Origin: Staphylococcus phage Twort
Sequence record: NC_007021.1
DNA: 64,000 bases
Direction: 5' to 3' (one strand)
The first letter of the stretch is position 1. Each line of letters opens with the position of its first letter. Below, in pieces: positions 1-11,570 of this stretch. The position numbers and the translations under genes were made by a program. Under the pieces are notes generated by a model. The model was given only the letters and a program-made list of their open reading frames with translations. It ran no database searches and was not told where the DNA came from.

Positions 1-317
1 GTATAAGCAATATAAAACAGCAATTACAAACAAGGTTACTCACACCACAAGGTAGTTTACTTATGCACCCAGACTATGGTTCTAATATTCATAACTTATT
101 TACATACAATACAGTAGAAACAGCTACACTAATAGAAATGGAAGTCACAAGAACTTTAAAAGTAGATACTAGAGTCGAAAATGTAAATCTTATAGATTGG
201 ACGATTAAAGGTAATGAATATAAAGGTGAATTTGAAGTAACTATACGTTCAGTAGAAAACTCTATTAGGTTTGTTTTAGACATGGATGATTCTGGTATTG
301 TAGCATTATTTGAATAG
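1..317 (+). CDS. baseplate wedge protein, GPW/gp25-like, 5'-truncated by window edge
   Basis: Reading frame is open to nt 3 upstream of the listed ATG. Translation ...IKQQLQTRLLTPQGSLLMHPDYGSNIHNLF matches the gp25/GPW signature (R..L.T..GE...P.FG..L..L.F). It precedes a baseplate J-like gene. Confidence 0.6.
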   Translation, partial: ISNIKQQLQTRLLTPQGSLLMHPDYGSNIHNLFTYNTVETATLIEMEVTRTLKVDTRVENVNLIDWTIKGNEYKGEFEVTIRSVENSIRFVLDMDDSGIVALFE

Positions 318-1377
318 AAAGGAAAATTATATGGAAACAAGGAAGTTTACAAACATATTATCTAAGCTTATAGACAAAACAATGATTGCTACACATAAGA
401 TTACTGACTTTACTCCAGGGTCTGCTGTTCGTTCTTTGTATGAGGCTATAGCACTAGAAATAGAACAATTTTATATTTTAACAAAAGAGAATATTTACTG
501 GGGCATTCAAGAAGGTGTTATTGAGTCTTTTGATTTTAAACGTAGACAAGCTAGAAAAGCACATGGAAACGTAACACTTAGATTTTATAATCCAATTGAA
601 GACGATTATATTATTCCTAGAGGTACAACTTTTACTTCTACCAATCAAGAATATCCTTATCAATTTGAGACATTAGTGGAATATAGAATCCCTAAAGATT
701 CTACTGAAGCTATACTAGAAGTATTCTCTAAACAAACAGGAGCATCAAGTAATATACCTGAGAATACATTAAATGTTATGACAAGTGCACCTCCTAGTTT
801 ACGTTCAATAAATAATGATTCCTCTTTTAATACAGGTACTGATTTAGAGTCATTAGAAGACTTTAAAAAACGATTTCAGGACTTTGTAGAAACACGAGGA
901 CGTGCTACAAATAAATCAGTTAGGTATGGTGCTATGCAGGTTCCTGATGTTGAAGGTGTTTATGTATATGAACAAGTAGGTTTAGTTACAGCTTTTGTTC
1001 ATGATAGAAATGGGAATTTACCAGATACTGTTAAAAAGAATGTGGAGCAAGAACTAGAAGACTATAGACCTAGTGGGATTATGTTAAAAGTAGAACCTGT
1101 AATCAAAACTTTAACAGATATAAGTGTACGTGTTACTTTATCTAATAAAGACAGAATTTCAGATACCTTACAGCACCACATTGAACAAGTTATTAGAACA
1201 TATTTAAATAATTTTAAAGTTTCAGATGACTTAATTTTGAATGATTTAATTCAAGTTATTATGAATATAGATGATAGACTTATTTATGATGTAGAATTTT
1301 CTACTATTCATGGGAATACAATAACTAAACCTGAGGAAATTATTCGAGCAGGTAAAATAGATGTGACTTTAATATAG
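310..1377 (+). CDS. baseplate J-like protein (gp6/gpJ family)
   Basis: 355-aa ORF directly after the gpW-like gene, with overlapping start, as in the conserved gpW-gpJ order of myovirus baseplate modules. Size is typical. Confidence 0.5.
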   Translation: MNRKENYMETRKFTNILSKLIDKTMIATHKITDFTPGSAVRSLYEAIALEIEQFYILTKENIYWGIQEGVIESFDFKRRQARKAHGNVTLRFYNPIEDDYIIPRGTTFTSTNQEYPYQFETLVEYRIPKDSTEAILEVFSKQTGASSNIPENTLNVMTSAPPSLRSINNDSSFNTGTDLESLEDFKKRFQDFVETRGRATNKSVRYGAMQVPDVEGVYVYEQVGLVTAFVHDRNGNLPDTVKKNVEQELEDYRPSGIMLKVEPVIKTLTDISVRVTLSNKDRISDTLQHHIEQVIRTYLNNFKVSDDLILNDLIQVIMNIDDRLIYDVEFSTIHGNTITKPEEIIRAGKIDVTLI

Positions 1378-1387
1378 GAGGGGTCTT

Positions 1388-4300
1388 GTGAGTACATTTT
1401 TAAAAAATCTACACCCATTGTTAAAACGACAAAAAGATAAACGTGATAACCAAGACCCTAACTATGCTTTGATTAAAGTTCTTAATGAGGAAATGAACCA
1501 AATAGAACAAGATGCTATTAAAAGTAAATTACAATCGTCATTGAAAACAGCTACTGGGGCATACCTTAATAAGTTTGGTGATTGGTTTGGTGTATATAGA
1601 AAATCTAATGAATCTGATGATATATATCGTGACAGAATTATAGAGTATGTTCTACTAAAACGAGGAACGAATAATTCTATTGTAAAAGCTATTAAAGATT
1701 ACTTAGAAAAAGAAGATGCTTATGTATCCGTGTATGAACCGTATAAAAATATTTTTTATACTAATAAATCTCATTTAAATGGGGATGACCATTTAATGGG
1801 ATATTACTATAGGTTTGCTGTTATTAATATTAAGATAGGTAGTTATTTCCCTACAGAAATCTTAGACATAGTAAACAAGTTTAAACCCGCAGGGGTTAAA
1901 GTATATCTAACGTATGAAGGTTGGTACACTAACACAGGTGGGTATGTAACTAAAATGTTAGAAGGACTACCTAAGATAACTAACTATACACTGTTAGATA
2001 GACTAAGTGGTTTTGGTGATACTTTTTATGGTCACTTAAACTTATCTGAGAGAAAAGAGTCTTTTGATAATTCTACATCTTTATTTAACGTAAATAGAAG
2101 TAAGACTAATAGTAAAGATGTTTTGTCTGGCTCAAGTTCTTCAGGACGTACATTTTATAATTATGCCTATTATTCTACCCATGAGTATACTTTAGAAGAC
2201 AATAGTTCTGTAACTTCTAGGGATATGTATAGTGCTAAAGAGATGCCTTTAGAGTATTATGCATATTCTAAAGAACTCGATAACTACATTGTTAGCTACA
2301 CTTTACCTAAGACACAAAGTGTTAAGTTTATACACAATAACTTTAACTTAGAAGAATACTTCTTAAAGTATAACCCTGAAATAGTAACTGGAGATAAAAA
2401 GAAAAACTTTGTTGATTTTATAGGAGAAGCAAGGTATGATTATTACATAAGTGCCTTAGTACCTCCAGAAGAGAATATTATAGTAGACCTTCAAATTTTT
2501 GACTTTGTAACAAAAACATGGAACACTATAAAAACTACCAAAGTAGGTAGTAAAGAAGTTAATGTTGGAGGTTCTATTGGATATTTAACTGATTATATCA
2601 ACAGTAGAATGGTTATTTTTACAAGACTACGTATCAGAGAGTATAAAGAAGTGGATATAAAGGTTAACTATATAGATATATCTTTCAGCAACACACAAAA
2701 AGATAAATACACGAACAATAGATTTTTACCTAATATTTATAGAGTACTGTCCTCTTCATCTAGTTATGATTATGTAGACTTAACAAAAATATCATTGCCT
2801 ACTAATGGTGACATAATTAGTAAACGTGCATATTATCCTTCTCAATTTATTAGAATAGGTGATGAATACAGTAATTCTATTAATAGAAATTTACTCAATA
2901 ATACTATTATACCTAAAGGGACATATACTAGTGAGTCTAGCTCTATTATTACTAAGCAAGATAATGAGTTAAAGATAGAGACTGGTGAAAATCAAACAAA
3001 AACTGATGTAAAATTAAGTAGTAACTTCGTGCTAACATCAGGAAGTACATATACTTTATCTTTTATGTATAAGTCAGATGATAATACTAAACCTTTAGAT
3101 TACTCATTTTTACAAGATACTTCAGGTAAAAAAGTTCCTGTAGTATTTGACAGTATTAACCAGACATCATCGTATACAAAAGTCATAAAAACTTTTACTC
3201 TTGATGGCTCTTCTGATAACTATAGTCTTATTATAGGTAAAAACAGTACCGATACTTTTTATATAAAAGAGTTTAAACTAGAGAGAGGAAGTAACGCAAC
3301 ACCATTTCAACCTAACCCATCTGATTTATATAGTGTAGACCCTAATAATTCTGTTACTATAGATTTATTTAAGGAAGATAATACACCAATAGAAAGTGTA
3401 GTACATAGGGAAAAATCCAAAAACTTACTCCAAAGTTATAAAGGGTCAATAGATATACATAGTAGTATTACTAACACAGAAATGTTCACAACCTCAGGTT
3501 TTGCTCACACATTATATTCCGCAAAATATTTATCTAGTATTTTAGAAGAAGGAAAAAAATATACTATCCACTTTGAACTTGAAATTATAGATACTGTAGA
3601 TAGTTCTTTTAAAACTTTTTCCGATTCTCACGGTATATGGTTATATAGTGCAACTACCCCTAAGGATAATATTAATATGCAAGAGAATATAATTCGAACT
3701 TCACCTAGAAAATTAGTGAAAACTGTTACTTTTACCGCACCTAAGATTACAGACCATAGGCTGTTAGTTTATTCAGGAAGATACACTACTGATGGTACCG
3801 CATACACACAACCAGTTAAACACAATACTATAAAGATTACAAATTTTATTTTACAAGAAGAGAAAACGTATAGTGGATACTCTAAGTCTAGTTATGACGA
3901 GATAACTTTCCTAGATAAGACAGTTAAAGTTAATGGTGCTAGAACGGACATAGGAAAAATCAATGTCAATTCAATAGATAATTTACCTAAAGCACGCTTA
4001 TTATATAGTACATATGGTAGTAGTTATGATGTAATTAAGAATATTAGTTTAACCCAAGGAACTAATACTATACTTAATAAATACATTGACCTTTACGGAT
4101 TAAATACTATAGACTACTCTGATATAAATCCTATGTCCGATATTGTATTACAGTCTATATGGGACATACCTATAAATAAGATTACTTCTAAAACAGGTAA
4201 ATTAGACGGATTGTACAAAGGATTCTTTAATGCAGGTTGGCAACACCTTGTAAATAATAATGAAGAAGTATATACTTTTGATACACTAACGGTTCTTAAA

Positions 4301-4519
4301 GACACTGAAGGTGGAGTATTTGATAACTCTACAGGTGATATTGTTAAAATGACCACAACGCCTGTTACTAGATTAACATCTATAAGTACATACTCTTACA
4401 GTAATTATACTTACCAGGAGCCATTATTACTAGATTCTAGTATACCACTTTCTGATAGTACAAGAACTCTAAATACCGAATCATATGAAAAAGATGTATC
4501 ATTCCTAAAAATACTGTAA
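1388..4519 (+). CDS. large baseplate/tail-fibre structural protein (1043 aa)
   Basis: GTG start after a GGAGGGG RBS. S/T/N/Y-rich beta-type composition. Position after gpJ matches the gpI/tail-fibre slot. Confidence 0.45.
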   Translation: MSTFLKNLHPLLKRQKDKRDNQDPNYALIKVLNEEMNQIEQDAIKSKLQSSLKTATGAYLNKFGDWFGVYRKSNESDDIYRDRIIEYVLLKRGTNNSIVKAIKDYLEKEDAYVSVYEPYKNIFYTNKSHLNGDDHLMGYYYRFAVINIKIGSYFPTEILDIVNKFKPAGVKVYLTYEGWYTNTGGYVTKMLEGLPKITNYTLLDRLSGFGDTFYGHLNLSERKESFDNSTSLFNVNRSKTNSKDVLSGSSSSGRTFYNYAYYSTHEYTLEDNSSVTSRDMYSAKEMPLEYYAYSKELDNYIVSYTLPKTQSVKFIHNNFNLEEYFLKYNPEIVTGDKKKNFVDFIGEARYDYYISALVPPEENIIVDLQIFDFVTKTWNTIKTTKVGSKEVNVGGSIGYLTDYINSRMVIFTRLRIREYKEVDIKVNYIDISFSNTQKDKYTNNRFLPNIYRVLSSSSSYDYVDLTKISLPTNGDIISKRAYYPSQFIRIGDEYSNSINRNLLNNTIIPKGTYTSESSSIITKQDNELKIETGENQTKTDVKLSSNFVLTSGSTYTLSFMYKSDDNTKPLDYSFLQDTSGKKVPVVFDSINQTSSYTKVIKTFTLDGSSDNYSLIIGKNSTDTFYIKEFKLERGSNATPFQPNPSDLYSVDPNNSVTIDLFKEDNTPIESVVHREKSKNLLQSYKGSIDIHSSITNTEMFTTSGFAHTLYSAKYLSSILEEGKKYTIHFELEIIDTVDSSFKTFSDSHGIWLYSATTPKDNINMQENIIRTSPRKLVKTVTFTAPKITDHRLLVYSGRYTTDGTAYTQPVKHNTIKITNFILQEEKTYSGYSKSSYDEITFLDKTVKVNGARTDIGKINVNSIDNLPKARLLYSTYGSSYDVIKNISLTQGTNTILNKYIDLYGLNTIDYSDINPMSDIVLQSIWDIPINKITSKTGKLDGLYKGFFNAGWQHLVNNNEEVYTFDTLTVLKDTEGGVFDNSTGDIVKMTTTPVTRLTSISTYSYSNYTYQEPLLLDSSIPLSDSTRTLNTESYEKDVSFLKIL

Positions 4520-4526
4520 CATAGTA

Positions 4527-4555
4527 TTGACACGGTTCTTGTTATATGATATAAT
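4527..4555 (+). promoter_or_regulatory. sigma-A-type promoter TTGACA-17-TATAAT; spacer and -10 lie inside a hairpin (4531-4540 / 4556-4565)
   Basis: TTGACA at 4527-4532 and TATAAT at 4550-4555. CACGGTTCTT pairs with AGGAACCGTG. Confidence 0.5.
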
Positions 4556-4603
4556 AGGAACCGTGATATATTAATAAATGAAATCATTAAAGGAGACTCA
4601 TAA

Positions 4604-5113
4604 ATGGCTATTGCGACAATAAATTCACATGTAGAACTAGCTAAATTTTATGCTAGTAAAGACTTTCACTTAGTATTAGGTAAAACATCACCGTGGTCTA
4701 ACGAACAGAGCCCACCACAACCTAAAGATACTACAACAACATTAGATGAGGTTATTGGTTATAAGAAAGCTAAAAAAGTAGCTTTAGTTAGACCCGCACA
4801 ACCAACTACAGATGACAGTAAAACTAAAATTCAGTATGGTAATAGAGAATGGGTAGAAGTATCCCCAGAAAATGCTATTAAAGAAGGAGCTAAATATGTT
4901 TACCTTCAAGCAGAGGTAGTTGGAGAGGAATTACCATTAGGAACATACAGACAAGTAGGATTTACTATGGGATTAAAATCTTCTACTGATAAACTAAACT
5001 TACTACCAAGTGAAGTACAAGATGCAGGAACATTAATTTTTTATGATAATAAACAATTCCAGAACCGAGTAGCTCAAACAACAGTTACTGAGTCATTTAT
5101 TATGGAATTATAA
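4604..5113 (+). CDS. hypothetical structural protein
   Basis: 169-aa ORF with AAAGGAG RBS, within the tail module. Confidence 0.4.
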   Translation: MAIATINSHVELAKFYASKDFHLVLGKTSPWSNEQSPPQPKDTTTTLDEVIGYKKAKKVALVRPAQPTTDDSKTKIQYGNREWVEVSPENAIKEGAKYVYLQAEVVGEELPLGTYRQVGFTMGLKSSTDKLNLLPSEVQDAGTLIFYDNKQFQNRVAQTTVTESFIMEL

Positions 5114-5129
5114 GAAAGGTGATAAGTAG

Positions 5130-8100
5130 ATGGCTTTAAATTTTAGTGGTTCACCCTATTTAGATAGATTCGACCCTACTAAGAATAGAACTAGAGTATT
5201 GTTTAATCCAGATAGGCCTTTACAACAATCGGAATTAAATGAATTACAATCTATCCAAACTTACTATTTAAAGAACTTTGGGGATGCTGTTTTTAAAGAT
5301 GGAGATAAGGTATCTGGTATGGGATTTACTTTAGATACTGGGAATATACTAAAAGTGAATCCAGGTTACGTGTATTTAAATGGTAAAGTACGTTACTACG
5401 AAAGTAATAGTTCAGTTAAACTTACAAAAGTAGGTAGAGAAGAAGTAGGTATTAAGCTAACAGAACGTATTGTTACAGCAGATGAAGATAATAACTTACT
5501 AGACCAAACAAGTGGTGTACCTAGTTATTTTTCTAAGGGTGCTGACCGTGTTCAAGAAGATATGGTTCTTACTGTTAACGACCCTTCTAGTGCTACTATT
5601 TATGTATTTCAAGATGGTGAGTTATACATACAAGCTAGTAATCCAGAGTATGATAGAATTAATAAGGTACTAGCGGAACGTACGTATGAAGAATCTGGTT
5701 CATATAAAGTAGAAGGTTTTGAGATTTTTAGTGATGCTGAAGGTAAAGGCGGAGATACTGTACCTGTTACTGTAGATTCAGGTATTGCTTATGTTTTAGG
5801 TTATCGTGTCAATAAACCAGTATCTACACGTCTTAATTTACAAAAGTCTTATGACTTAGGAACAGCAGAAAATGAATCTACTATATACAACAATTCTAGT
5901 AAAATTATTACACTAGCAAATAAACCTGTTAAACAAGTTAACCGTGTAACAGGACAAGTATTAGTAGAGAAAGAATCCGTATCACGAGATAGTGTAGGAG
6001 ATACTGTAGACTATTTAGCAAATAATACAGCTTTTGAAATCGTAAAAGTATGGACTGAAACAAGCCCAGGAGTTACAACTAAAGAGTATAAACAAGGTGT
6101 AGACTATAGGCTAACAAACGGGCAGTCAGTAGACTGGTCGCTAGGAGGGGAAGAGCCTAAAGGTGGTACTACTTACTATGTTTCGTATAAATATAATAGA
6201 CGTATGGAATCAGGAAAGGACTATGCTTTAAAAACATCAGGTGAGGGTGCAAATAAATACTGGTACTTAGATTTTAATACATCAGGAACTAAACCTATTG
6301 ACCAATCAGTTGTATTAGTAGATTATAATTACTATTTAGCAAGACAAGATTTAATTGTCCTAGATAAAGATGGTAATATTAAGGCATTAAAAGGTGAACC
6401 TAATATTTTAAGAAATGTAACACCACCTTTACAACATGACCCATTTACCTTACAATTAGGGTATGTGACAGTGTTTCCTGATTCAGATGCTACCGAATGT
6501 TATACACAATCTATTGAACGATTATCAATGGAATCTTTACAAAAAATGAAGACACGTATTGATAACTTAGAATACAACCAAGCACTTAATGCATTAGATG
6601 ATGGTGCCATGGAAGGACAAAACCCACTCACATTGCGTTCAGTGTTTAGTGAAGGTTTCGTAAGTTTAGAGAAGGCAGATGTAACTCACCCAGAGTATGG
6701 TGTTGCTATGAGCTTTGAAGATTCCGAGGCTACATTGCAATATACTACTAGTGTGAATGACCCTAACTTACTAACTGATTCTAGTAATATCCATAACTGG
6801 GGTAGAATTGTTTCAGCACCATTTACGGAAGAGCGTACAATATATCAACCATTAGCAAGTGAAACACTTAACGTCAACCCTTATAATATACCTAATAAAC
6901 AAGGTAAGCTAAAACTAACACCTAGTGAAGATAACTGGATTGATGAGGAAAATGTAACTATTAATCAGTTTGGAAAATCAAAAGTAGTTAATACACGTCG
7001 TTGGTGGGTTCACCCAGAGGCATCAGCTAAGCGTAATGCAAAAGCAAGAGCAGAGCAAGCAAAAATAGAATTAGATAATGGTTTAGAGTTTGGTAGTTCG
7101 TTTGAAAAATGGCGTGCCTCAGCTACTGGGACAATGACTGAAGTAGGGCATAAAACATTAGAAGAAATGATTGAGTTCATTAGACAACGTGATGTTAAAT
7201 TTGAGGTCACTGGATTACACCCTAATGACAATAACTTAGTATTATACTTTGACGGTGTTAGAGCCCCTATTACACCAGACGCAGGATACAGAAAAGGAAC
7301 TGAAGAAGGTTCTATTATTGCTAACGCCAAAGGTACAGCAAAGGGTAAATTTACTATCCCTGCAGGTATTCGATGCGGTAACCGTGAAGTATCATTAAAG
7401 AATGAGAACTCAGTTAGTTCAACTACATACTTAGCACATGGAAGAAAGAAAATTAACCAAGAAATTATCCTACGTACACGTGTTACAGTAAATTTAATTG
7501 ACCCTCTAGCTCAATCATTCCAATATGATGAGAACCGTATTATTAGTTCTGTAGGGCTATATTTTGCTTCTAAGGGAGACGCAAACTCCAATGTAACTAT
7601 CCAAGTACGTGAAGTAGGTAACCAAGGTTTCCCTACAAAAACTATCTATGGTGAGCAAGTAGTTAACTCAAGTGATATTAAAGTTTCTAATAACGCAAGT
7701 GCCGAAACACGGGTACACTTTGATGACCCTATTATGGTAGAGGCAGGAAAAGAATACGCATTAGTTATTCTTACAGAAAATGATGAATACACAATGTGGG
7801 TAGGAACTAGAACCAAACCACGTATCGATAAACCATCGGAAACAATTTCTGGTAACCCGTATGCTCGTGGAGTATTATATAGTTCTTCAAACGCTAGTGC
7901 TTGGACTATTCACCAAAATAGTGACTTAAAATTTGGTATTTACACAGCTAAGTTTAATGATACAGCACAAATTGAGTTTGAGGAAATGACTGATGTTAAA
8001 GGTGATAGACTTGTATTAATGTCTACGTACTTAACACCAGAAAATACAGGTTGTACATGGGAAATGAAAGTAATAACTGACGCAATGAATGATGGTACAA

Positions 8101-8585
8101 CGTTTGATTCACTTAAATGGGAGCCTGTAGGTAACTACCAAGATATTGAAATTGATTCAGTTATTAAGAAAGTTAAGTTACGTGCAACATTTAATTCTAA
8201 TAGATATATTTCACCATTATTAAGCGTATCTGACTTAACATTTACAACATTCTTAACTAACCTTAAAGGTAGTTATATTGCACGTGGGGTAGATATGAGT
8301 GAAGCACCGTTTAATACTATTAGACTTAGTTATGAAGCTTTCTTACCTCAAGGAGCAACGGTAACACCTAGATATTCAGTAGATGGTGGATTAACATGGA
8401 AAGAATTTAGTAAACCTGCTACAAAGACTAAAGCTAACAATGAATTTACTAGACACGTGATTGATGAAAAAACAAACTCATTGTCTAAAGATAAAAAACT
8501 TAAAGTTAGATTAGACCTTGCAACTAAGAACAGTTTCTTACGACCACGAGTACGACGACTAATGGTTACAACTAGAGATGAGTAA
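5130..8585 (+). CDS. adsorption-associated tail protein / large tail fibre (1151 aa)
   Basis: Size and position match the ~1150-aa adsorption-associated tail protein of SPO1-/Twort-like phages. AAGGTG RBS. Confidence 0.5.
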   Translation: MALNFSGSPYLDRFDPTKNRTRVLFNPDRPLQQSELNELQSIQTYYLKNFGDAVFKDGDKVSGMGFTLDTGNILKVNPGYVYLNGKVRYYESNSSVKLTKVGREEVGIKLTERIVTADEDNNLLDQTSGVPSYFSKGADRVQEDMVLTVNDPSSATIYVFQDGELYIQASNPEYDRINKVLAERTYEESGSYKVEGFEIFSDAEGKGGDTVPVTVDSGIAYVLGYRVNKPVSTRLNLQKSYDLGTAENESTIYNNSSKIITLANKPVKQVNRVTGQVLVEKESVSRDSVGDTVDYLANNTAFEIVKVWTETSPGVTTKEYKQGVDYRLTNGQSVDWSLGGEEPKGGTTYYVSYKYNRRMESGKDYALKTSGEGANKYWYLDFNTSGTKPIDQSVVLVDYNYYLARQDLIVLDKDGNIKALKGEPNILRNVTPPLQHDPFTLQLGYVTVFPDSDATECYTQSIERLSMESLQKMKTRIDNLEYNQALNALDDGAMEGQNPLTLRSVFSEGFVSLEKADVTHPEYGVAMSFEDSEATLQYTTSVNDPNLLTDSSNIHNWGRIVSAPFTEERTIYQPLASETLNVNPYNIPNKQGKLKLTPSEDNWIDEENVTINQFGKSKVVNTRRWWVHPEASAKRNAKARAEQAKIELDNGLEFGSSFEKWRASATGTMTEVGHKTLEEMIEFIRQRDVKFEVTGLHPNDNNLVLYFDGVRAPITPDAGYRKGTEEGSIIANAKGTAKGKFTIPAGIRCGNREVSLKNENSVSSTTYLAHGRKKINQEIILRTRVTVNLIDPLAQSFQYDENRIISSVGLYFASKGDANSNVTIQVREVGNQGFPTKTIYGEQVVNSSDIKVSNNASAETRVHFDDPIMVEAGKEYALVILTENDEYTMWVGTRTKPRIDKPSETISGNPYARGVLYSSSNASAWTIHQNSDLKFGIYTAKFNDTAQIEFEEMTDVKGDRLVLMSTYLTPENTGCTWEMKVITDAMNDGTTFDSLKWEPVGNYQDIEIDSVIKKVKLRATFNSNRYISPLLSVSDLTFTTFLTNLKGSYIARGVDMSEAPFNTIRLSYEAFLPQGATVTPRYSVDGGLTWKEFSKPATKTKANNEFTRHVIDEKTNSLSKDKKLKVRLDLATKNSFLRPRVRRLMVTTRDE

Positions 8586-8589
8586 TTTT

Positions 8590-8618
8590 AAGGGAAGAAT
8601 TACTCTTCCCTTTTTTTA
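8590..8618 (+). terminator. rho-independent terminator
   Basis: AAGGGAAGA-attac-TCTTCCCTT followed by TTTTTTT. Confidence 0.7.
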
Positions 8619-8635
8619 TAAAGGAATGATTAATT

Positions 8636-8803
8636 ATGCCTAATGAATATAGAGACCCTTATTCACAAACAAAAATATTTATCCCAACGCCCCAAGAAAA
8701 AAGTGTTTTGGAAATGCATGATAGGTTAAATAAAAAAGAAAAATTATTAGATGAGAAGTTAAAACAAATAGATGAATTAATTAGTAGAGGTGGACTAAAA
8801 TAA
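8636..8803 (+). CDS. small hypothetical protein (55 aa), not in ORF track
   Basis: ATG after an AAAGGAATGATTAATT RBS context. Stop overlaps the next start (TAATG). Coiled-coil-like composition. Confidence 0.35.
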   Translation: MPNEYRDPYSQTKIFIPTPQEKSVLEMHDRLNKKEKLLDEKLKQIDELISRGGLK

Positions 8804-9852
8804 TGGCTTTCACTTTTAAACAGCTAAAGGGTACAGATTATTTAAGAGATGCTTACCCTAAAATAAATGAATTAGGTATTAATAGTGCTTCTCTTTCCCA
8901 AGAAGTAGACAAAATTAAGGAAATGTTTTCTGACATACAATCCTTTAATATCACAGATAATACAGGAAAAACACCAGAGGGCTCTCAAATAAATCAGGAT
9001 TATCTTAATAATTACATTGATGTGTATGGCTCCTTAACTTACCCACCAAGCAATACAGCTAGCAATGGTTGGGTTAATGCAAGAATAACTAATTCTGGAG
9101 AGGGAATACTTATTTTCTTACCCGATAATTCAGAAAAGATATTTAAGAAAACTAAACATAGCGGTCAATGGTCTGATTGGACTAGTTTTAGTTCTGATGC
9201 GGAACTTAACAAATTTATTCCAGGAGACATAAATAATAACGGGGATTTTGACTATAAATGGGATTCAGGTTCTGGAACACTAGAGGAAGAAATATCTAAA
9301 GTAGCACCAGGACTATCCTTATTTTATGCAAACCAACATATGAGCAACTCTAAATTTACAGAGCCAGTTAGAGGTACCATTCAAAAAGACCTAGTAAGCA
9401 ATGGATATGTAGCAATTGTTAAAGCAATTGGATATTCTGGAAAAGAATATGTAATACCTGTTATTAATGGTACAGCTAAACCATTACAGCAAACAATAAT
9501 GACGACGGACTTATGGAAGGGTAGTCAAGACCTTGCTACTAAAAGTACATTACGATTAAATGATGCAGTAAGTAATTATGACTATTTAGAATTTTACGTA
9601 GAGTTTTACGTAGGTGGGGTTAATACATTTAAAGCACCTTCAAGACTAACTACAGTATATTTCAGGGACTTTAACCTAACAAATAATGATACCAACTCAG
9701 GTTTCGATTTATTTGAAGGAGCGGTGTCTATTGATAGTTCAGGCTTAACTTTTACACCGTACTTAAGTAAAAAGGTAACAGGTAGTAGTATATGGTTTAA
9801 TCAAACAGGTTATATTACAATAAAATCTATAACGGGAATTAAGCATGTATAG
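8803..9852 (+). CDS. putative tail fibre/structural protein
   Basis: 349-aa ORF in the tail-fibre cluster, N/S/T/G-rich. Confidence 0.35.
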   Translation: MAFTFKQLKGTDYLRDAYPKINELGINSASLSQEVDKIKEMFSDIQSFNITDNTGKTPEGSQINQDYLNNYIDVYGSLTYPPSNTASNGWVNARITNSGEGILIFLPDNSEKIFKKTKHSGQWSDWTSFSSDAELNKFIPGDINNNGDFDYKWDSGSGTLEEEISKVAPGLSLFYANQHMSNSKFTEPVRGTIQKDLVSNGYVAIVKAIGYSGKEYVIPVINGTAKPLQQTIMTTDLWKGSQDLATKSTLRLNDAVSNYDYLEFYVEFYVGGVNTFKAPSRLTTVYFRDFNLTNNDTNSGFDLFEGAVSIDSSGLTFTPYLSKKVTGSSIWFNQTGYITIKSITGIKHV

Positions 9853-9867
9853 AAAGGAAGATAAATA

Positions 9868-10233
9868 ATGGGAAGACAAATTAATTTTGCAGTAGATGGT
9901 TATGTGTTACTTTTACTAGATAAAAATCTTATTACAGGATACGTAACTTATGGGCAAGCTGAACCAGGTATGCCACAAGTTATTGTGCATGAAGATTTAC
10001 TACCTAAAGACTTCTTTAAAGAATTTAAAGTAAATAAATACAAATATTACAGTTCACCTGAAGAAATTATTATTAATCCAGACTATAAAGACCCACAACA
10101 AGAAGAGCTCGAACAGGAAGAGAAACCCCAACAATCTACAACAGGTTCTAAATCAGTTGAGCAGTTAATGGATGAACTACAGAGTATTAAGGATATGCAA
10201 AACAAGATTTTAGAGTTACTTATGAGAAAGTAG
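9868..10233 (+). CDS. hypothetical protein (possible fibre assembly factor), acidic/Q-rich C-terminal half
   Basis: 121-aa ORF between two fibre-like genes. Confidence 0.3.
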   Translation: MGRQINFAVDGYVLLLLDKNLITGYVTYGQAEPGMPQVIVHEDLLPKDFFKEFKVNKYKYYSSPEEIIINPDYKDPQQEELEQEEKPQQSTTGSKSVEQLMDELQSIKDMQNKILELLMRK

Positions 10234-10241
10234 GGCAATAC

Positions 10242-11570
10242 ATGGCATTAATAAATTTTAAAGAAATAACAGAATCTGACACACTCAAAGCACTAACGGA
10301 GGCTGTTAATAACATAGGTACAGAGTTATCTGAGGACGGTAATATTTTTGCTAAGGTTGAAAAGTTAGAAACACAATCTGCAAGTACCCCTAAGTATTAC
10401 CTAGTTCAAGATAGTGGTAAAGCTAAACAAGTATCAAGTAGAAGCTCATTAAGTAGTATTACACAAACAGGATTCTATTATGTATCATCTAACGTATCTT
10501 TCTATATATCAGAATTACCACAAGAGCTTAGAACAGATTTACTGTTAAGTGTATATCAAACAGAAGTAGGGGTAGTTCAGTTTATTAACACTATATCAAC
10601 TGTCGAGTCGAAAAAATACTTTGCCTACCGTGTGAATTATAATGGTATGGCTGGCTCTTGGAGATTTATAGACTCAAGAATTAATAATAGAAGTACACTG
10701 GTTGTTGGTGGTTCCTATAAAGATATTATTACACCAGGTAATTACATTGTAAATAGTTTAAAAGATTTACCAGATAGTAATTCCGACGGGTATTTATCTG
10801 TAATAACGAATCAATCTGATGAACGTTCTTATATTTACATTAGTCCAGATAATAAAATGTATCATTCAGTATCTAATCAATCTAAAGACTATGAGTGGGT
10901 TAAAGAGTTTGAGACAAAAGATATTGAAAAATATTTACTTACTAATTTAGATGGTTCTTTTAATTTACTTATTTATAGTAACGAGGGTAAATCTTTTGAA
11001 ACTAAAGTATTAGAATACTTAAACTCATTAGATAAACCACGAACTTTTACATTTTATATACAAGGTGGGGTTTCTGGAAACCCATCATCTGGTAGTTGTA
11101 GAGGTCTTTTTGTAATAGATTCTATAAACTATGGTAACTACTATATGATTGATAACTATGGTAATTTATTTACAGGTTCCTTAAACAACGGAGCGTTACT
11201 TAAAGCAAAACCTTCTACGTCCTCTGATGTATTATGGACAGGTGCAAAAAACTTCACTGATAAAGGCACTGTTGAGACTCTTAAGTTCCCTATTGCTGAT
11301 TATGAATATGTAAAAATATTTGTTACAGTACCATCACAAGGACCAAATACAAGTGACATTACAAACGATTTACAAAACGGCGCTCACGAGTTTTACATTA
11401 AAGGACAATCACGAGCATCAGTGTCAGGTCTAGTTGTATCTTCAGATACTAAATTTGATTTATATCGTGTAGGTATTGCCTTTGGACAAAAGTCATGGCG
11501 TATTACAGATATGGCAAAAACAAATACTAAGAATGCTTATATTACACGTATTGTAGGTATAAACTATTAA
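10242..11570 (+). CDS. putative receptor-binding/tail-fibre protein
   Basis: 442-aa S/T/N/G-rich ORF. Last gene of the structural operon, followed by a terminator. Confidence 0.35.
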   Translation: MALINFKEITESDTLKALTEAVNNIGTELSEDGNIFAKVEKLETQSASTPKYYLVQDSGKAKQVSSRSSLSSITQTGFYYVSSNVSFYISELPQELRTDLLLSVYQTEVGVVQFINTISTVESKKYFAYRVNYNGMAGSWRFIDSRINNRSTLVVGGSYKDIITPGNYIVNSLKDLPDSNSDGYLSVITNQSDERSYIYISPDNKMYHSVSNQSKDYEWVKEFETKDIEKYLLTNLDGSFNLLIYSNEGKSFETKVLEYLNSLDKPRTFTFYIQGGVSGNPSSGSCRGLFVIDSINYGNYYMIDNYGNLFTGSLNNGALLKAKPSTSSDVLWTGAKNFTDKGTVETLKFPIADYEYVKIFVTVPSQGPNTSDITNDLQNGAHEFYIKGQSRASVSGLVVSSDTKFDLYRVGIAFGQKSWRITDMAKTNTKNAYITRIVGINY